NCBI GenBank assembly: GCA_048213135.1
Contig: PS015549.1
Span: 1-37,517 of the forward strand
Direction: 5' to 3'
DNA from: Reclinomonas americana ATCC 50394
Taxonomy: Eukaryota
DNA: 37,517 nt
Positions 35,657 to 37,517 of the stretch are shown here, in pieces. Below the pieces are notes generated by a model, which saw only the letters and a program-made list of their open reading frames with translations, was not told where the DNA came from and made no database searches. Within the stretch, counting starts at the first letter, position 1, and each line of letters opens with the position of its first letter. A program made the position numbers and the translations under genes.

Positions 35657-36273
35657 CTAGTCGGCGTACTGCACCTGCGTGCGTCGTATTCTCTTCTCCA
35701 CGCGCTGCGGCACCTCACTGCGCAACCACCTCTGCGCGCGCAACGGCCACACCACTGCCACCGCACGTCCATCCACAATACGCGCCGGCAGCGGCCCGTA
35801 CATGTTGGCATCGACCGAGTTGTCAGAGTTGTCGCCCTCCATCCACAGAAAGCCGGCGGGCACACGAACTGCACCGTGCATGGGCGCTGTGTCGGCGCGC
35901 ACAGCAACTACATCACCGGGCGTGGCGACTACGCGTTTGATCACATACTGCTCGGCGTTGAAGGGGTTGCGATAGGTGACCACATCGCCCACTCGCACGC
36001 ATCGATGTGCATCGGAGAATGGATAGTTCCACACAAGAACCCACTCGCGGCCTTGCTGCGGACCGTCGGGGTTGAGCGAAGGCCACATTGATGCGCCTCT
36101 GAGTGCGCGCGCAAGTGTGAGAAGCATGCAAGGAGGAGTGTGAGCGGGCGAGTAAGTGTGCGCAACTGCACAGGTGCGATCTGCACGACTTTGACGCGGA
36201 TCAGTTGCGCCAGAGGGTACACAATGGCGAATGTCTTAACAAACTCCACGCCAAACAGCAGCAACTGTCGCAT
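35657..36273 (-). CDS. IMP2: Mitochondrial inner-membrane peptidase subunit (S26, IMP2-like)
   Basis: Exons 36273-36167 and 36098-35657: GASMWPSLNP, GDVV, IKRVVATPGD, VPAGFLWMEGDN, YGP, AVVWP. Confidence 0.85.
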
Positions 36274-36350
36274 CTCAACGGGGTAAGAAAGGACAAGGAT
36301 AGAGTGCGTCCTGTGCGTCCCACACACTGTCACGCACGCACTCGCTCATC

Positions 36351-36951
36351 ATGCAACGAGCGGCCCGAGTCGCGCGTCGCTTCTATGGCGGCCTGGCTGA
36401 CAAGGACCGCATCTTCACCAACTTGTTTGGAGAGCATCCGTATACGCTGGATGGAGCACTCAAGCGAGTTGCGTGAATGTGCAAGTGTGTGTGTGTGTGA
36501 GAGAGAGGGAGAGAGGGGAGAGAGAGAGCAGTGTGCAGTCGCCAGGTCGTGCTGTGTGAGAGAGAGAGAAACGAGTGCGTGTGTATACGTTGCGTTTTGC
36601 ACGTTGGAGTTCAATTGCGCTTGCATATGCACACGCATTCAACACATCTGCTGTGTGCGATGAGACAGAGCACGCACAGAGAGAGTGAACAAGTGTGTGC
36701 GTGAGAGCGAGGGAGGTGGAAAGCAAGCGTTTCTCAGTCGACATGGCGCGCAATGTCTCACTCTCTTCTTACTCTCTCTCTCTGTTTGGCTACTGTTTAT
36801 AGGGTGACTGGTACCGCACCAAGGATCTGATCACGAAGGGCTCTGACTGGATCGTGAATGAGGTCAAGAAGAGTGGATTGCGCGGTCGCGGAGGTGCAGG
36901 TTTCCCCTCGGGGCTGAAGTGGTCGTTTATGCCCAAGGTGTCCGATGGAAG
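36351..36951 (+). CDS. NDUFV1: Complex I 51-kDa flavoprotein subunit, first two exons
   Basis: Exons 36351-36467 and 36803-36951: [18 protein letters not shown]...|GDWYRTKDL...[23 protein letters not shown]. Continues past the window. Confidence 0.97.
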
Positions 36952-37289
36952 GTGAGAGAACGAGGAGGGGAGAGTGGAACAGGGGTATCAGGTCAGCCTT
37001 TTCTCGTCATGCGTGATGATGGAGTGATGAAGGTCTTCTCGCCATATCTCTCCTTGTGGCCACTGTGCAGGTGGCACGTCCCTGCTTTCCTTTGCTCTCT
37101 GCCACCATTCTGCAGCGTCTTGCCTGCGCGATGTCATGACGTTCTTCATCTTCTCCTGTCGTACGCGAACCCACCGCCCCGTCAGTGAGCGCATTTGTTT
37201 CCCTCTCTTTCCCACTCTCTCACACATACGTTTTCTCGGTGCGTCCACACTTCGAAAAGCTTCATCGCTGCCACTCATGCTCGTGGTTC

Positions 37290-37517
37290 GCTCCCTCTTT
37301 TTCTCTCTTGTTCCCCTCCCTTTCCCTTTCCCTTTTCCTCTCCCTCTCTCCTTTCCCTCTCTCCTCTCCCTCTCTCCTCTCCCTCCCACTCCCTCTCTCC
37401 CTCCCTCTCCCATTGACTCTCTCTTCTCTCCCTCTTCCCTCTCCCTTTCTCTCTCCACTCTCCCTCTCCACTCTCCCTCTCCCTCTCCCTCTCCCTCTCC
37501 CTCTCCCTCTCCCTCTC
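37290..37517. repeat. Polypyrimidine tract ending in (CTCTCC)n, within an NDUFV1 intron
   Basis: Almost pure C/T, resolving into a CCCTCT hexamer repeat. Confidence 0.85.

Noticed and set aside
37440-37517. (CCCTCT)n as a telomeric repeat
   Set aside because: It lies inside an NDUFV1 intron and grades out of a CT-rich tract; it is a simple microsatellite.
1-37517. CRISPR arrays, tRNA/rRNA genes, intact transposons, U12-type introns
   Set aside because: I saw no repeat-spacer arrays, cloverleafs, transposase/RT motifs or RTATCCTT donors.

Overview
Gene-dense, intron-rich nuclear DNA (about 60-300 nt introns, standard code, many CA/GA microsatellites, six N-gaps) from an unidentified flagellated, mitochondriate eukaryote, probably a protist. 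The supplied ORFs are mostly fragments, so I spliced the genes by hand. Left to right: a non-TALE homeobox gene, a hypothetical gene, CFAP119/CCDC189, two paralogous 4-TM genes, an inverted pair of Cys-rich paralogs, a claudin-like 4-TM protein fused to a trypanosome FCaBP/calflagin-like domain, a coiled-coil protein, a WD40 protein, LSM7, CCDC25, a split sterol C24-methyltransferase, a CCCH-RBR-(NAC-type UBA)x3 E3 ligase, a class I HDAC, PAN2, an F-box/LRR protein, IMP2 and NDUFV1. Strongest signal: roughly a third of introns use an atypical 5' splice site, GTTGCG(T)/GTTGAG(T). This is the normal GTGCG/GTGAG consensus shifted by +1, and it appears almost only when the exon does not end in G. 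Also notable: PAN2 keeps a full USP catalytic triad, there are two unusual domain fusions, and two contigs appear mis-oriented. All family calls come from remembered motifs, not database searches.
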